A stretch of 31,818 nucleotides of DNA from Macrostomum lignano (taxonomy: Eukaryota): contig NIVC01003391.1 of NCBI GenBank assembly GCA_002269645.1, positions 1-31,818 of the forward strand, in the 5' to 3' direction. How positions within the stretch are numbered: position 1 is the first letter of the stretch; every line of letters starts with the position of its first letter. The position numbers were made by a program, and so were the translations under genes. Below the pieces are notes generated by a model. The model saw nothing but the letters and a program-made list of their open reading frames with translations. It had not been told where the DNA came from and did not search any database. Of the stretch, positions 12,301 to 22,851 are shown in pieces.

Positions 12301-15300
12301 ATTGAAATCTATATTGGCTGAGATTGCATGTCCCAGGCTGAGATAGCATGGCCTTAAGAAGCATGTCTATGGTAAAAGTCGACTAGCTCGAGCCAAAAAA
12401 CGCATTGCGGAATGGGACTGGCTGAGTTTGGATGTCTCTAGGCTGAGATAGCATGACAAATACTATACTACAAACAATGCATTGTCTGTAGGATCGTCAA
12501 ACAGAAAAACAATGCAAAGAATCAGCGGTCGCAGCACGTGACAACGATTTGTCTATGGCTCGCGCCTACTGGCGCTCGACAGACAATCGTTGTCACGCAC
12601 TGGGACCGCTGATTATTTATCCATTGGCTAACGATTTCGTTGTTTAAATAATGCTTGTTTTTTAGTTGTTGTTCTTTTTGTTTTTGTTGTTGTTGTTGTC
12701 GTTTTTGTTTTTCTTGTTGTTCTTTTTGTCAGTTATGTTTTGTTGTTGTTGCTTTCACCAGATAAACGACCCTAAATTGTTCTTGGTAAAAGAGTGATTT
12801 GTCCTACAGCCCAAAAGCTGTTCCTGAAACTCCGAAGACTCCGATCAATTAACTACGTTATCCAACTCTATTTTCGCTTTGGCCACTCTTTCGAATCATT
12901 TTTATTAGCTTGCTGCAAACTACAAGGTAATGTTTGGCGGAGGTGATTTGGGGAACCTCGCTGGTGCATCACTGCAGGTACTCACTGCTGATGCTGTTGC
13001 GACTCAGCGACACAATCATCGCGGCCAGGCCCTGCACCAACTGGCTGGTCTCCTTCAGGTTGCCCTTGTGAACTGTCTTCAAAATCGAGGAGCTGCCGCG
13101 GATAATTTTTTGCAGCTCGCTCGCCGAGTAGCTGCCAGACGGCTCTGACAGCTGAAGTTGAAAAACATTGCGTCACTGCTTTTGCTGCACAGATATTTCA
13201 CAAGGACCACTGTATCTGATAACAGGACGAAAAAACTCTAAGATTGTGTATTTTTTGGAGGCCAATTTCCTAGAAAAATACACGGCGCAGATAGAAAAAA
13301 GTTTTAAATCACATAATCAATGATTTCATTGCATCTGGGGCAGTGAAGAGCATGTTACTCTGTTGTATCGTATATAGGTGTGTAGTGAAAATTTCATTTT
13401 CATAATATTTTCTTTTAATAATTTTTTTAATACACAGGTATATTAAAATATAACAGAGTAACATGCTAAATTAAAGAAATGGTAATCTTCACTGCCCTGC
13501 CTTCATTGATTTTGGGATTAAAAAATATCTCCACAGTGTATTTTTTTCATAGAAATTGGCCTCCAAAAAAGTTATACGATCTTTGAGTTTTACGTCACGT
13601 TAGACTAACAGGGGTCCTTTGAATTCCATTATAACAACCCTCAAGGCGCTCACTGATACTGTCGCTATGCAAGCCGTGGTTGTGGCTCCGTAGCTGTCCG
13701 TGGCGATCACGCAGACTTCCACAGAGCTGGCTACATACGGAAACGGGCCCTGGTAAAGTGGCCGGTCGCTGAAGCCGATCAGAGTCGATGCGTTCGTAGT
13801 TACGTTGGCCCCCACTTTCACTGCGTTCGTGGCGTGATGAGGTGGTTAGTAATCTAGTTTCAGAGAACTAAGGTGAATTAAGGGGATGAAATTGTCGCAT
13901 CTGGGTATATTTAGCAGCGCCTAGAAGTTTCCGTACGTCAGCGCTTTCCATAAATAGTAATTATTCCTATGCTAGTCAAAAATAATTTTCTTCGCATTTC
14001 TTCCAACTTTCTCAACAAAAGATTTCTGTACATAAACTGCGTATTCTTCATCGTTTAAATTATTAGCTGTATGCATATTTTTTGCATTTACTTCTAATAG
14101 TTTCTGCACATAATACAGTATGTTATAATCGTATAAATATGCCTATAGATGTACACTGGTCACTAAGCTAAAATCAATCTCTTCCCTGACTAACCAAACA
14201 TCTAAATAACCTTAGGGATTGAACCACCTCCGTGCTCAACGCCTCATTCATTTCTTCACCAACTGCAAAGCAATATTCATAGCTAAGGTGTTGAGGCAAA
14301 ACAGGTGACGTTGAATGGCTTGATGAGTAAACTGAGGTGGGATAATAGAATAAAAGGCCATTTCTCACAAATAAACTGATAGGAGTCAATGCCGTCGGAG
14401 TCGGTAAATGGTGAGCAGGAAATTTCGAACGGCGTCACCGCAGCCACGCCACTTGTAGAGTTGCAGGTACACGCTCCTGTGGTTGGCACCAGATTAGTGA
14501 AGAGAAGGCTGCACGCTTCTCCTTCGTTCACAGTGCCAAGGCCCACCTTCAAGCACACGCGGAATCGCCTCGAGGTGATGTTGGAGAATAGATCCGGTGA
14601 GAGCGAAACTTCCCTGAAACTGGAGCCTGCAATGAGGGAATCGATTGAGCGGGATGACTTCGCTTGCATGCTAATAATAGCTTGATCCGCTGTGCAACAG
14701 CTAGTTGCCTACCTTGCACAAATGCCTGCATTGTTTGCGCGTCAACGACAACCCAGTTGTTAGAGCTGTCGAGGAACTCAACACTCCAGGCTGTGCTGTC
14801 GCAAACGCTGGCGTTTTCAGAGCTCTGGCAGCTGCTCGTAAGCTGCACGGTGTCCGTAGGGTTTACCATGTTGTAGCCGAGATCGGTGCCGCTCATGCGA
14901 TGACACTCTGCCGGAAATCGGCACCTAAAAGATTTAGCACAACTCGCCGATGAGGGAAACCATTCCAGAATACTGTATCGAAGAAGCTAGATTTGAAGAA
15001 GAGAATCAGAAAATCACCTTAAGTCAATGATGGCTGGGAAAAGATCTGTAGTAATAATCCTGAGAACGGATCGGGATGATCGCTTTGCTTTGAAGCCCTG
15101 CACCTTGAAGATGTAGGTCCGGTTGGCCCAGAGGTTTGCTCCGTCGAAGCAGAATGCTCCACCGGAGCCACCGGTCTGCACAAAGCCGGGCGGAGAACCA
15201 AAGCAGCCCGTAGTATGATTGATAGCATTGAAGCTGCTGTTTCTAGGAATTTGCACCGGTGAGCGGCTTGAGTCGTCAGGTTCTGTCTCGCCTTTCTGCC

Positions 15301-18300
15301 AGCAGTGATACACCCAGGATCCGATTCCCTGCGCATTCGGATCGATAGATCCAACATCCGGGTCAAACGAGTTCAACTTGGGCTCCAGACAGATGGTACG
15401 GCCAACGCTTCTCTTCACCTCGATCATGCCACCGGGAGTCAAGGACACTATAAGCGGAGAGCTGCCCACGAGCAAATAGATGCTGCTATAATTGGCGAAT
15501 TCCTCCACAGTTACCGTCGTGTTCATAACCACTCTAGCCGTCACGCGGTACAACCCGAGCTCAAGGAACCGGGGTGGAAGCGCCAGGATAGTATTGCCGA
15601 ATGTGGGCAGCGATGAAACATCGACAATGCCTGTAACGCTTCTCGTGGTTTCGTCCAAAGATTCAATCAGCCATTCTCGCCGGTTCTGCGGGGTAGCTTC
15701 GCATGGTAGCTCCGTGATGATGCACTCGACTGTCACTGAGGCCGAGCGCAATACTTTTCGAGGATTTTCTACTCGCATGTGGGGCTCATCGGCCATGGTG
15801 ACATGCGGCGGCAGGCATTTGCTGGGCGATACGGCAACTGTGGCAGTGAAGCTGTCGTTGGCGAATTGATTGCAAGTGAACACTTTAACTATGTAGGTGC
15901 CTCGCTTTTTGTATACGACGGAGAAGTCAATACGGTTGTTAGAAACCAGGCTGCTGCTGTGATTGTAGTCTTTGTTGTCGGGTGGTCTGCAGATTGCCAG
16001 ACAAGCAGCTGGGCCGTACAGGTGCAGCTCGGTTGCTATGCCCAGGTCTACGTACACGCAGGTGTCCTCGGACAGAACGTCCCAGACTACCGATAGTGAG
16101 CGTGTCTGGCCAGGCCGGCTAACGCCTTGCACGTCCACAACGCGGCCGTTTATCATCGAGCCACCGACAGTGATGTTGGTGCTGAATGTGGCGTTTGAAA
16201 TTGGGTTCCAGGTGAACAGACTCACCAGGTAGTTTCCCGTCTGAAGCGATAATAAAATTTTGTTGGTTATAGTAAAACTCAGGTAGTTATTAATTATAAA
16301 ATTCAATATCTTACCGAGTTCAGATAAAGATAAATCGTCTCATTCGGCTGAAAGGTGGCGACTGATTGCTCCCCAAGGGCTGGAATCTGACTAATCGAGA
16401 ACGTGTGCTTTTCAGAGGTTCCTAAAAAGCAGTAGGTTTTTCATTTGGTTTCGGGGAGTCACTTTCAATGAAATGCAAACGATGCAGCATACCGAAAAAC
16501 GAAGGCAACGCGACCAGCTCCTGCTTATTGGGGAACGTCAGTCTGTCTGCACCGAAGCCGCTGTTCAGAATGTCTCTGCCTGGCGACCGATACATCAGCG
16601 TGAGGCTCAGGTTAGATATGGGTAGGAAAGAGCCAATCTGAAATAAACGAAAAAAGTGCTTTACAACGGCGCTCATGTACAAACAGTTTAAGACAAATCT
16701 TGTACTGACCACTGGACTCTGAATGGTGAAGTTACTGCCATTGTTATAAACGAAAAATGAGTAAGACACGTAGCCATGCTGCGCAGGAGAGACGGACACT
16801 TGCGTGGTCGGCAGGTCGAGCTCTGTACTGCTGACTGCAGTGCCATTTGCATCGCGCAGCTCAATCACGCTACCGTAAGGGGCATCAGCCGCTGTGCCCG
16901 AGTAGGTGAAAGTGAAGATTATGGGATCTAAAAGTTTTGATTAGGACACACATTTCCAATAAATTTACATGAAAGATTATTAAAATAAAACGCATTAATT
17001 TGAAAATATGTTTATACGTACCGCCAAACGTCTGGTTCCCATTCGTAGTGAGACCCAGCGTGGAGCTCTGCAACTTGTTAACCACTTTTAGGTTGTGAGT
17101 GAAAACGAAGCACATGGCAGCGTTGCAAACCGTCAAGTTCATGATGAACGTGCCGTTGGTGTTGTAGGTGCTGGTCAGGATTCTCTGCGTATTTTGTCCA
17201 GAAGCTGGAAATAAAATTCAGGTGTTTAGGTAGACGTCGCTAATTAGAAACACAATGAAAAAATTGCCAGTTAAATTATTACTAGGAATCACAGAAACGT
17301 CCGGCGAGCCTCCGTCTCCAGGCACCAGAGTGCAGGTGACATCTGATCCGCCGTCTATGGTGATTTTGACTGAAGCCGACTCTCCTTTAGCCAGCACCGG
17401 CGGAGTGAACGTGGCTCGGGGGTTAACGATAAGATCGACAATTGTAATGGATGTACTATTTGCAGCCAAGGTGGGAATTGGGTTGCTGGCATTGAAGGAA
17501 ATGATATAGTTTCCCAAAGCAGCGTATGTGTGGTTGTATGTCCAAGTGAGCAGCATATCGAAGGTCTCCAGTGGTGAGCCGTCGCCCCAGCTGAACGTCA
17601 CTTTTGCCGAACTGGGAGGAGAGCCACTAAGTACCTGAAAGCTGAACTGGACAGGATTGTTCAGGTTTGAAGTCGCCGGTCCGATCAAAGCGTACTGACC
17701 CAACGGAGCCAGCACACTGACGCTGAGTGTCAAAGTTGTGTTGCCAATCAGATTACTGAGAGTCGCAGTCACCGTGAAGCTACCACCGATCGTGTAGGTG
17801 TGGTTGAATGACAGATTGCGACCGCCCCATTCTTCCAAGTCAGTGGTGGTATAGTTGTAGGAGTTGCCATCGCCAAACTGCACGCTGATTTGAACTCCAG
17901 TGCCTGCAGACATTGTAAGTTCAAATAAGCCGTAGCTGTTCACGCCAATCGCGCTGCTCTGAACCCTAAAGGACGCGTTGGAAATTCGGTGCTGCGCTGT
18001 CACGTTGAGGGCGATGACAATGTCGCTCACATTGTTGTATGTTCGACAGACAACGGCAAACATTCCTGCTGTCGGCAGTGAGCTCGCCTCTGCCAGAGCC
18101 CGCAGTGCCGCAGAGTTGTAGACCACTGTTTTGTTTTCACCCGCAATCGAGGCTTGGAATTTTGGATGTGTTCCGTTAAAGATACTCATTTCCAGCTGGA
18201 AGGGAACCCCAACTTCAGCAGCATTGGTTTCAACAACGAATCCAGTTACTGGAATCTCTACATAAAGCGGAACCGTACGGGAGCTGCTGCTCAACGAGTT

Positions 18301-21300
18301 GTAACAGGTGGCCGTCAAAAAGTACAACGCCGGGCTGGATTGCGCGGAGACTCGGAAGTTTAAGGCCGCGATCGGACCCTGCGTCTCTCCTGAGGATGCG
18401 TTGATGGTGCAGAGGTAGTCACTTCCAGAGTTCAGTGATATGCTGACTGCAGAGTCGTTGCCAAAATGCTGACCGTCTACAATCAAATGGAGAATGTTCA
18501 CCCGGCTGATCAGTCTGAAGCTGAGATAACCTTGTCTCGTGTCTAAAGTGCTGTAGGCGGTGACGTTGACACTTGCCGGTCCCAAGCCACTAATAGCGTA
18601 GGAGCTGAAGGGTACGGTTGTAAAATCCGTACCGCCATCGCTAAATGTCCAGTTATATTTGACATTGAGACCTGTGTGTGGTTTAAGCCTCAGATTACAG
18701 GGTTCGTTGCTCAGCACATCGAGGACAGGCTCAAAGCTGGTGTCATTGATGCCCTCCTGCAGCAACACAGCCCGACTTAGATTAACTGACGGTCCTCCAA
18801 AAGGGTTACTTGAAAGTCGAACAGAAATTGTTGTATTTCCAGTGCTTATATATTTTCTTTCCAGCGTATACGTTTGCAGAGACTTTGACAGTGCTGACAC
18901 TTGATGGTGCACACCTGTTGAGTTCCAGTTGGCGTTGGCAGCATTGAAAATATCATTAATGGCTGGAGCTGATGGTCGCTGCAGGTGATAGTCTGGACCC
19001 TCAGCCGAGCTGGCAGACCTGGCCGCTATGGTGGTTCCATAAAATCCAATGCGATCGCCTGGAAACACGGTGAACTCATCTGGGACGCGGTAGAGGTTGT
19101 AGCCCGCACTGACAGGTACGCTAGCGTACACAGCAATAACCTGGTAGCTGCTTGCAATGCCTCGAGTGGTATTTTGCTTTGTCCTGGTTTTTAAACAAGT
19201 ACCCTCACTGGCCCAGCAGCTCTCGGTTGTCGGGCACAGTGTTTCGACGGGCGATGAACAGTCAACGGTTGACGCACAGAGATTATCGGTACTGCAAGCG
19301 TACTGCCCGAAGCAGAACTGCTCACCCAGTGGGCACATGGGACGGAATATCTGCGGAAGAAAGTTCGATACTCGAGTGAAAAATCATACCTTTAAGGTAA
19401 AAAAGCTGATGTTCTTTTGCCCAACCATACCATCAGATTAACGGTGCTGGCGCCGTTGATTCCCAGGAACTCAAATGCCTGCAGAATGCCAACGTACTTG
19501 AAGTCGGCATCAACTAGCACAACGTTGTCTGAAGTTGGGCTGGCCAGGTCCACGTTATTTTGACCTACCGGAGTTCCGGCTCTCTCCCACGTTGAATCTG
19601 AATAAAGATGAAGATTTTCCAGAGAAATGTAACTCTGCTTCTCAGCTCAATTCAACTTTAAGTAGGCAAATGGAATCGAGGACTCAGAGGTCTGAAGTAC
19701 ACCTCATCTGATGCATTTCGGCCAAAAGTTTTTGCCACCCCTCACCGGCTAAAAGGAAGTTCTCCTGTGTGCCGTCGCCCCAGTCGATGCTGGCCCGCAC
19801 TCGGGTACCGGAGATGACACTGAGTGTGCACTGAATTGGACTTGTCACAAGCAGCACAACCGGGCAGGTGATATTGGCAATTACTGTCTGCTCAACCACC
19901 AGCAACTGAAGACTGCTACTGCCAAACTGCAGATAGGTGATGGCAAAATGACATTTATATTCGATAAGCAAATCCAATAACCCTGTCTGTCCCCCTTTCT
20001 ACTTGAAATGGACATGCGTAACATAGCAAATTAAAATCGTTGACATACAGTGGCTTTGACGAAACATTTTGACTTTTCTTACCAGGGACGAATTCTGATA
20101 GTAAGCGTTGGCTCGCGCATTCCATACGCCTGGCACAATGTAGGACTTGTTGACCTGCTGCTGTGGATAGTCAATGCGCTCCCACCTGCTGGCATCGTCA
20201 CCGTAGGACATTCGGACAAGGTACTCGGTGGCGGCAAAAACAGACGTGTCGACAGTCAGGTTGACGGACCCGGCATCGACTACTGTACCTTGGGCTGGCG
20301 GCAAGATTTGGAGATCGTCAGCCAAGTCTGTGCTGTCGATGTCATAAACCTGTTGAGGAATTGCATACCAGCTTGAGTTGAGTACAATTAGTTTAATATC
20401 ATTATAGGAATAATAACTGCGGGAGGGTTCTGGGCATCCTGGCGAAAAGACTTCAGCGAATTTGTCTCACAACCGAAGCGCTGAAGCAATTCTGAACACT
20501 CCGTTGACTCCTGAGCACACACTGTACAAGCGCGAGGATACTGTACGCAGGCTCGCACTCAAACGCACTAACACAGGATTATTCTATCGCATGCCAGATG
20601 ACACTGTCAAGCTCAGGATGGGTTGTTCTATCGCATCCCAGATGACACTGTCAAGCTCAGGATGGGTTGTTCTATCGCATCCCAGATGACACTGTCAAGC
20701 TCAGGATGGGTTGTTCTATCGCATCCAAGATGACACTGTCAAGCTCAGGATGGGTTGTTCTATCGCATCCGAGATGACATTGTCAAGCTCAGGATGGGTT
20801 GTTCTATCGCATCCCAGATGACACTGTCAAGCTCAGGATGGGTTGTTCTATCGCATCCAAGATGACACTGTCAAGCTCAGGATGGGTTGTTCTATCGCAT
20901 CCAAGATGACACTGTCAAGCTCAGGATGGGTTGTTCTATCGCATCCCAGATGACACTGTCAAGCTCAGGATGGGTTGTTCTATCGCATCCAAGATGACAC
21001 TGTCAAGCTCAGGATGGGTTGTTCTATCGCATCCCAAATGACACTGTCAAGCTCAGGATGGGTTGTTCTATCGCATCCCAAATGACACTGTCAAGCTCAG
21101 GATGGGTTGTTCTATCGCATCCCAGATGACACTGTCAAGCTCAGGATGGGTTGTTCTATCGCATCCCAGATGACACTGTCAAGCTCAGGATGGGTTGTTC
21201 TATCGCATCCCAATGACACTGTCAAGCTCAGGATGGGTTGTTCTATCGCATCCCAGATGACACTGTCAAGCTCAGGATGGGTTGTTCTATCGCATCCCAG

Positions 21301-21938
21301 ATGACACTGTCAAGCTCAGGATGGGTTGTTCTATCGCATCCCAAATGACACTGTCAAGCTCAGGATGGGTTGTTCTATCGCATCCCAGATGACACTGTCA
21401 AGCTCAGGATCGTTGTTCTATCGCACCCTGGATGACACTGTCAAGCTCAGAATGGATGAACTCCGATAGAATACTAATTTTTCTTAGGCCTGTCAAACCC
21501 TCAAGATGTTCAGGACACCTACCGCAATGTGTTCGGCGTCTGTGCAGCTTCCGGCGTCCGCTTCCGTCCTGTTGAAGGTGGCGCTCGCCACCGAGCTGAT
21601 GTTCTGCGCGCAGAAGCAGAAGCGAGCCTGCCAGATTCCAGAGTAGCGATAACTGCTGGCCTTGCAGCTAGCGGCGCAGGTGATCACCTCTGTTGCCAGG
21701 AGGTCGGGATCGTAGTCTCCCGGTGATACGAGAAACACTCGCTCTTGACCACTGTCCAGGTAGCAGCCCTCAAACCTGACGGCTCCGATGCCGCAGCAGC
21801 AGAGCGCGATGGTCAACAGGGCGGCCAGGGAGAGCCGACAAGGCCAGGTGACCTGAAAATCAGTTTGCTTGGTCATGTTAAACCAGTGCCTGTTTATAAG
21901 TCTCACAGTGCACAGTTAACAAGTCGCCAGCTCACCAT
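3055..21938 (-). CDS. PKD1-like: Polycystin-1 family (PKD1/PKD1L/REJ-type) multi-exon gene: SP-WSC-PKD repeats-REJ-GAIN/GPS-TM1-PLAT-TM2..6-TOP-partial channel-C-tail
   Basis: Manual splice model (minus): 21938-21936, 21852-21523, 20349-20083, 19926-19746, 19597-19431, 19350-17283, 17204-17022, 16927-16710, 16637-16493, 16421-16315, 16240-15018, 14924-14713, 14626-14369, 13820-13654, 13151-12986, 11579-11509, 9732-9541, 9445-9320, 9201-7725, 7590-7373, 7289-5237, [gap], 3307-3055. All junctions are GT-AG and phase-compatible except across the gap. Motifs: WSC (GCY..C...C..Y.Y.G....CFC), PKD WGDG/FGDG, GPS CQCTHL|TSF, PLAT YEIVVSTGMRRGAGTDSKV / WHDNSG, RFTRVERVACC, WLDRQTRAVFIDLAFYNPNVNLF. Two 1-bp frameshifts. 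Exact ortholog not assignable without a search. Confidence 0.93.
3376..4300. repeat. 16-bp minisatellite (GAACTACCCCTCAGGT), roughly 55-60 copies, in the last polycystin intron
   Basis: Directly visible. Confidence 0.95.
5237..7289 (-). CDS. Polycystin exon 21: PLAT C-half, TM2-6, TOP domain and S2 helix (one -1 frameshift at 5315-5319)
   Basis: cctccacag|A CCT; 655-aa ORF; restoring one T extends it through VLFCLMLLGMIYQELRNIYKQRKAYFWCK to a consensus A|GTGAGT donor. Confidence 0.9.
7373..7590 (-). CDS. Polycystin exon 20: PLAT/LH2 N-half
   Basis: tttgtag|CTA ... GAG AG|GTGCGT; YLYEIVVSTGMRRGAGTDSKVFFILSG. Confidence 0.92.
7725..9201 (-). CDS. Polycystin exon 19: GAIN-B, GPS and TM1 (one +1 frameshift at 8598-8601)
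   Basis: caccag|GCC ... GAA AAG|GTAAGA; the length of 1477 is 3n+1 between phase-0 junctions; joins ORFs 8494-9192 and 7680-8546. Confidence 0.88.
7899..7907 (-). other. GPS autoproteolysis site His-Leu|Thr
   Basis: CAC TTG ACC within W...C...THCQCTHLTSFAGG, matching the known GPS consensus of polycystin-1 and adhesion GPCRs. Confidence 0.9.
9320..9445 (-). CDS. Polycystin exon 18 (GAIN-A region)
   Basis: Not in ORF track; cattgtag|ATA ... ATT ACA|GTGAGC; INCKNKLVEVADAVVGLSGSLSKERLTELSMPVLATLSQIIT. Confidence 0.82.
9541..9732 (-). CDS. Polycystin exon 17 (GAIN-A region)
   Basis: aatcctag|AAA ... ACG CAG|GTGAGC; ERAQVLAMLSE...IRLVSNTIQVVST. Confidence 0.85.
11509..11579 (-). CDS. Polycystin exon 16 (small linker exon)
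   Basis: ctcttcccag|GC ... ATC ACT|GTAAGC; phase 1/0 bridges exons 15 and 17. Confidence 0.75.
12133..12377. mobile_element. MITE-like element with 63-bp perfect terminal inverted repeats
   Basis: 12133-12195 is the exact reverse complement of 12315-12377; imperfect symmetry extends further out; no ORF; no TSD identified. Confidence 0.65.
12520..12614. repeat. Small imperfect inverted repeat (about 34-bp arms)
   Basis: AATCAGCGGTCGCAGCACGTGACAACGATTTGTCT versus reverse complement of AGACAATCGTTGTCACGCACTGGGACCGCTGATT. Confidence 0.75.
12655..12755. repeat. Low-complexity (TTG)n-like tract
   Basis: Directly visible. Confidence 0.8.
12986..13151 (-). CDS. Polycystin exon 15
   Basis: ttttcaacttcag|CTG ... 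AGC A|GTGAGT; helical LSEPSG...ETSQLVQGLAAMIVSL. Confidence 0.82.
13222..13600. mobile_element. Foldback/MITE-like element with long imperfect TIRs, flanked by TA
   Basis: Left arm GACGAAAAAACTCTAAGAT...TTTTGGAGGCCAATTTC...GGGCAGTGAAGA...GCATGTTACTCTGTT mirrors the right arm; TA at 13220-13221 and 13601-13602. Confidence 0.65.
13654..13820 (-). CDS. Polycystin exon 14 (REJ end)
   Basis: TACTAAC branch point upstream of gaacgcag|TG; ends GTA TCA|GTGAGC; VCVIATDSYGA. Confidence 0.85.
14369..14626 (-). CDS. Polycystin exon 13 (REJ)
   Basis: cattgcag|GC ... ATT T|GTGAGA; NLVPTTGACTCNSTSGVAAVTPFEISCSPFTDSD. Confidence 0.87.
14713..14924 (-). CDS. Polycystin exon 12 (REJ)
   Basis: cttttag|G TGC ... 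CAA G|GTAGGC; CRFPAEC...VNPTDTVQLTSSC. Confidence 0.87.
15018..16240 (-). CDS. Polycystin exon 11: last PKD-like repeats + start of REJ
   Basis: cgcttcag|ACG ... TTA AG|GTGATT; CLPPHVTM...LALPPRFLELGLYRVT...SFDPD...WVYHC are REJ-type motifs. Confidence 0.9.
16315..16421 (-). CDS. Polycystin exon 10
   Basis: Not in ORF track; ctttttag|GA ... AAC TCG|GTAAGA; needed to reconcile the phases of exons 9 and 11. Confidence 0.8.
16493..16637 (-). CDS. Polycystin exon 9
   Basis: tttatttcag|ATT ... TTC G|GTATGC; phase 0/1. Confidence 0.78.
16710..16927 (-). CDS. Polycystin exon 8
   Basis: cttttag|AT ... CCA GTG|GTCAGT; phase 1/0. Confidence 0.8.
17022..17204 (-). CDS. Polycystin exon 7: PKD repeat C-half
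   Basis: tttccag|CT ... GGC G|GTACGT; TYNTNGTFIMNLTVCN. Confidence 0.85.
17283..19350 (-). CDS. Polycystin exon 6: Cys-rich module + tandem PKD repeats
   Basis: ttccgcag|ATA TTC CGT CCC ATG; corresponds to the 706-aa ORF with WTFSDGG, FGDG, WGDG and PGDG PKD motifs. Donor placed at A|GTAATA; a GC donor at 17268 is an alternative. Confidence 0.9.
19431..19597 (-). CDS. Polycystin exon 5
   Basis: Not in ORF track; tttattcag|AT ... CTG ATG|GTATGG; DSTWERAGTPV...FKYVGILQAFEFLGINGASTVNLM, phase-compatible on both sides. Confidence 0.82.
19746..19926 (-). CDS. Polycystin exon 4: PKD repeat
   Basis: ctgcag|TTT ... GCC G|GTGAGG; contains ASIDWGDG. Confidence 0.85.
20083..20349 (-). CDS. Polycystin exon 3: end of WSC + PKD-like repeat
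   Basis: cctcaacag|GTT TAT GAC ... TCC CTG|GTAAGA, 267 nt; VYD completes the WSC; MSYGDD...YIVPGVWNARANAY resembles a PKD repeat. Confidence 0.85.
20582..21455. repeat. 44-bp minisatellite (GATGACACTGTCAAGCTCAGGATGGGTTGTTCTATCGCATCCCA), about 20 copies, polycystin intron 2
   Basis: Period measured 20641 to 20685; head-to-tail without spacers. Confidence 0.95.
21523..21852 (-). CDS. Polycystin exon 2: signal peptide + WSC domain
   Basis: ttttcag|GTC ... GCG|GTAGGT, 330 nt, phase 0/0; VRFEGCYLDSGQERVF...TCAASCKASSYRYSGIWQARFCFC is a WSC cysteine pattern. Confidence 0.88.
21936..21938 (-). CDS. Polycystin exon 1: initiator ATG only
   Basis: Minus strand reads gaaaaATG|GTGAGC, then an 83-nt intron ending ttttcag|GTC ACC, giving M-VTWPCRLSLAALLTIALCCCGIGA, a plausible signal peptide. 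Confidence 0.7.
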
Positions 21939-22771
21939 TTTTCTATCTTACGCTAAAAAGCTTCTTGTGACTAGACGAAGAAGATAAGACGAGCGACAAG
22001 ACGAGAAGAGACCAAGCATTCCCCAGCAGGGAATGCGGAGGCTGAAATACTCCATGAGAGGCCCCTCTGTGGGCGGATCTGAGAACGAATCACAGATGGG
22101 CTTGTGCGGCCGAGGCACACTGGATCCGCTCTCATATTTTGTTTGTTGGCGCAGTCGCTACAGCAACTTGCTGTGCCTGCCGCCTCCGCGCATTCCCCTA
22201 CCTAACATCGCTGCCTCCTCACGCTTTTTCCGCTTTTGTCTTCCAGAACTCCAGGAGTTCCCCGCTGCTGCGGGAGATGGGGTTGGGGTTCTAGCAGCGG
22301 CTGAGACGCAGGACCTATTCAGGAGTTGTCCTACTCAAAAACTGCCTTAATCCTTAATTAGCACGCAACAGGGAACAGTTTTCTCGGCTAGCCATAAAGT
22401 CCTGCTCAAATTCAAGAGCCATTAGTTCAAAATTCTGAATTGATCTCGTTTGAAAAGCTCAATTTTCAAAAGCTGTCGACTTCTGTTGCAATTGAGAGAC
22501 TTAAGAAGTTGCTGAAATTACTGCCGCGTTTTTCCTGGGAAATGAGCTTGGTATTTTAGCTTAACTTCTTAGATCTAGTGCGAGTTATCGATGCAAATTT
22601 TATTGCATTTCCGGTACCTAAGATGCGAAATCATCAAAACCTTGACAAAACCTGCCTTTACGAATTTCTGCCCGCTTTTCTGACCTGCTTACTGACGAGT
22701 AGCGAGATAGGGATGTGAAGCAGTGTATGCAAAGCGGTAAGAAAGTTAGAGAAACTAAATCGAACTTCCAT

Positions 22772-22851
22772 TGTGTGTGTGTGTGCGTGTGTCTGTATGT
22801 GTCTCTGTGTGTCTGTGTGTGTGTGTGTGTTTTGTGTGTGTCGGTGTGTGT
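22772..22851. repeat. Imperfect (GT)n microsatellite
   Basis: Directly visible. Confidence 0.9.

Noticed and set aside
20582-21455. CRISPR-like appearance of the 44-bp repeat (GGATG...CATCC internal palindrome)
   Set aside because: Units are head-to-tail with no unique spacers, there are no cas genes, and it lies in a spliceosomal intron.
21852-21855. Spliced-leader trans-splicing supplying the start codon (flatworm SL ends in AUG) at the exon-2 acceptor
   Set aside because: A cis ATG|GTGAGC donor 83 nt upstream explains the start more simply, and the organism is unconfirmed.
22033-22350. 105-aa plus-strand ORF near the polycystin 5' end
   Set aside because: No recognisable homology or splice structure; probably UTR or promoter sequence.
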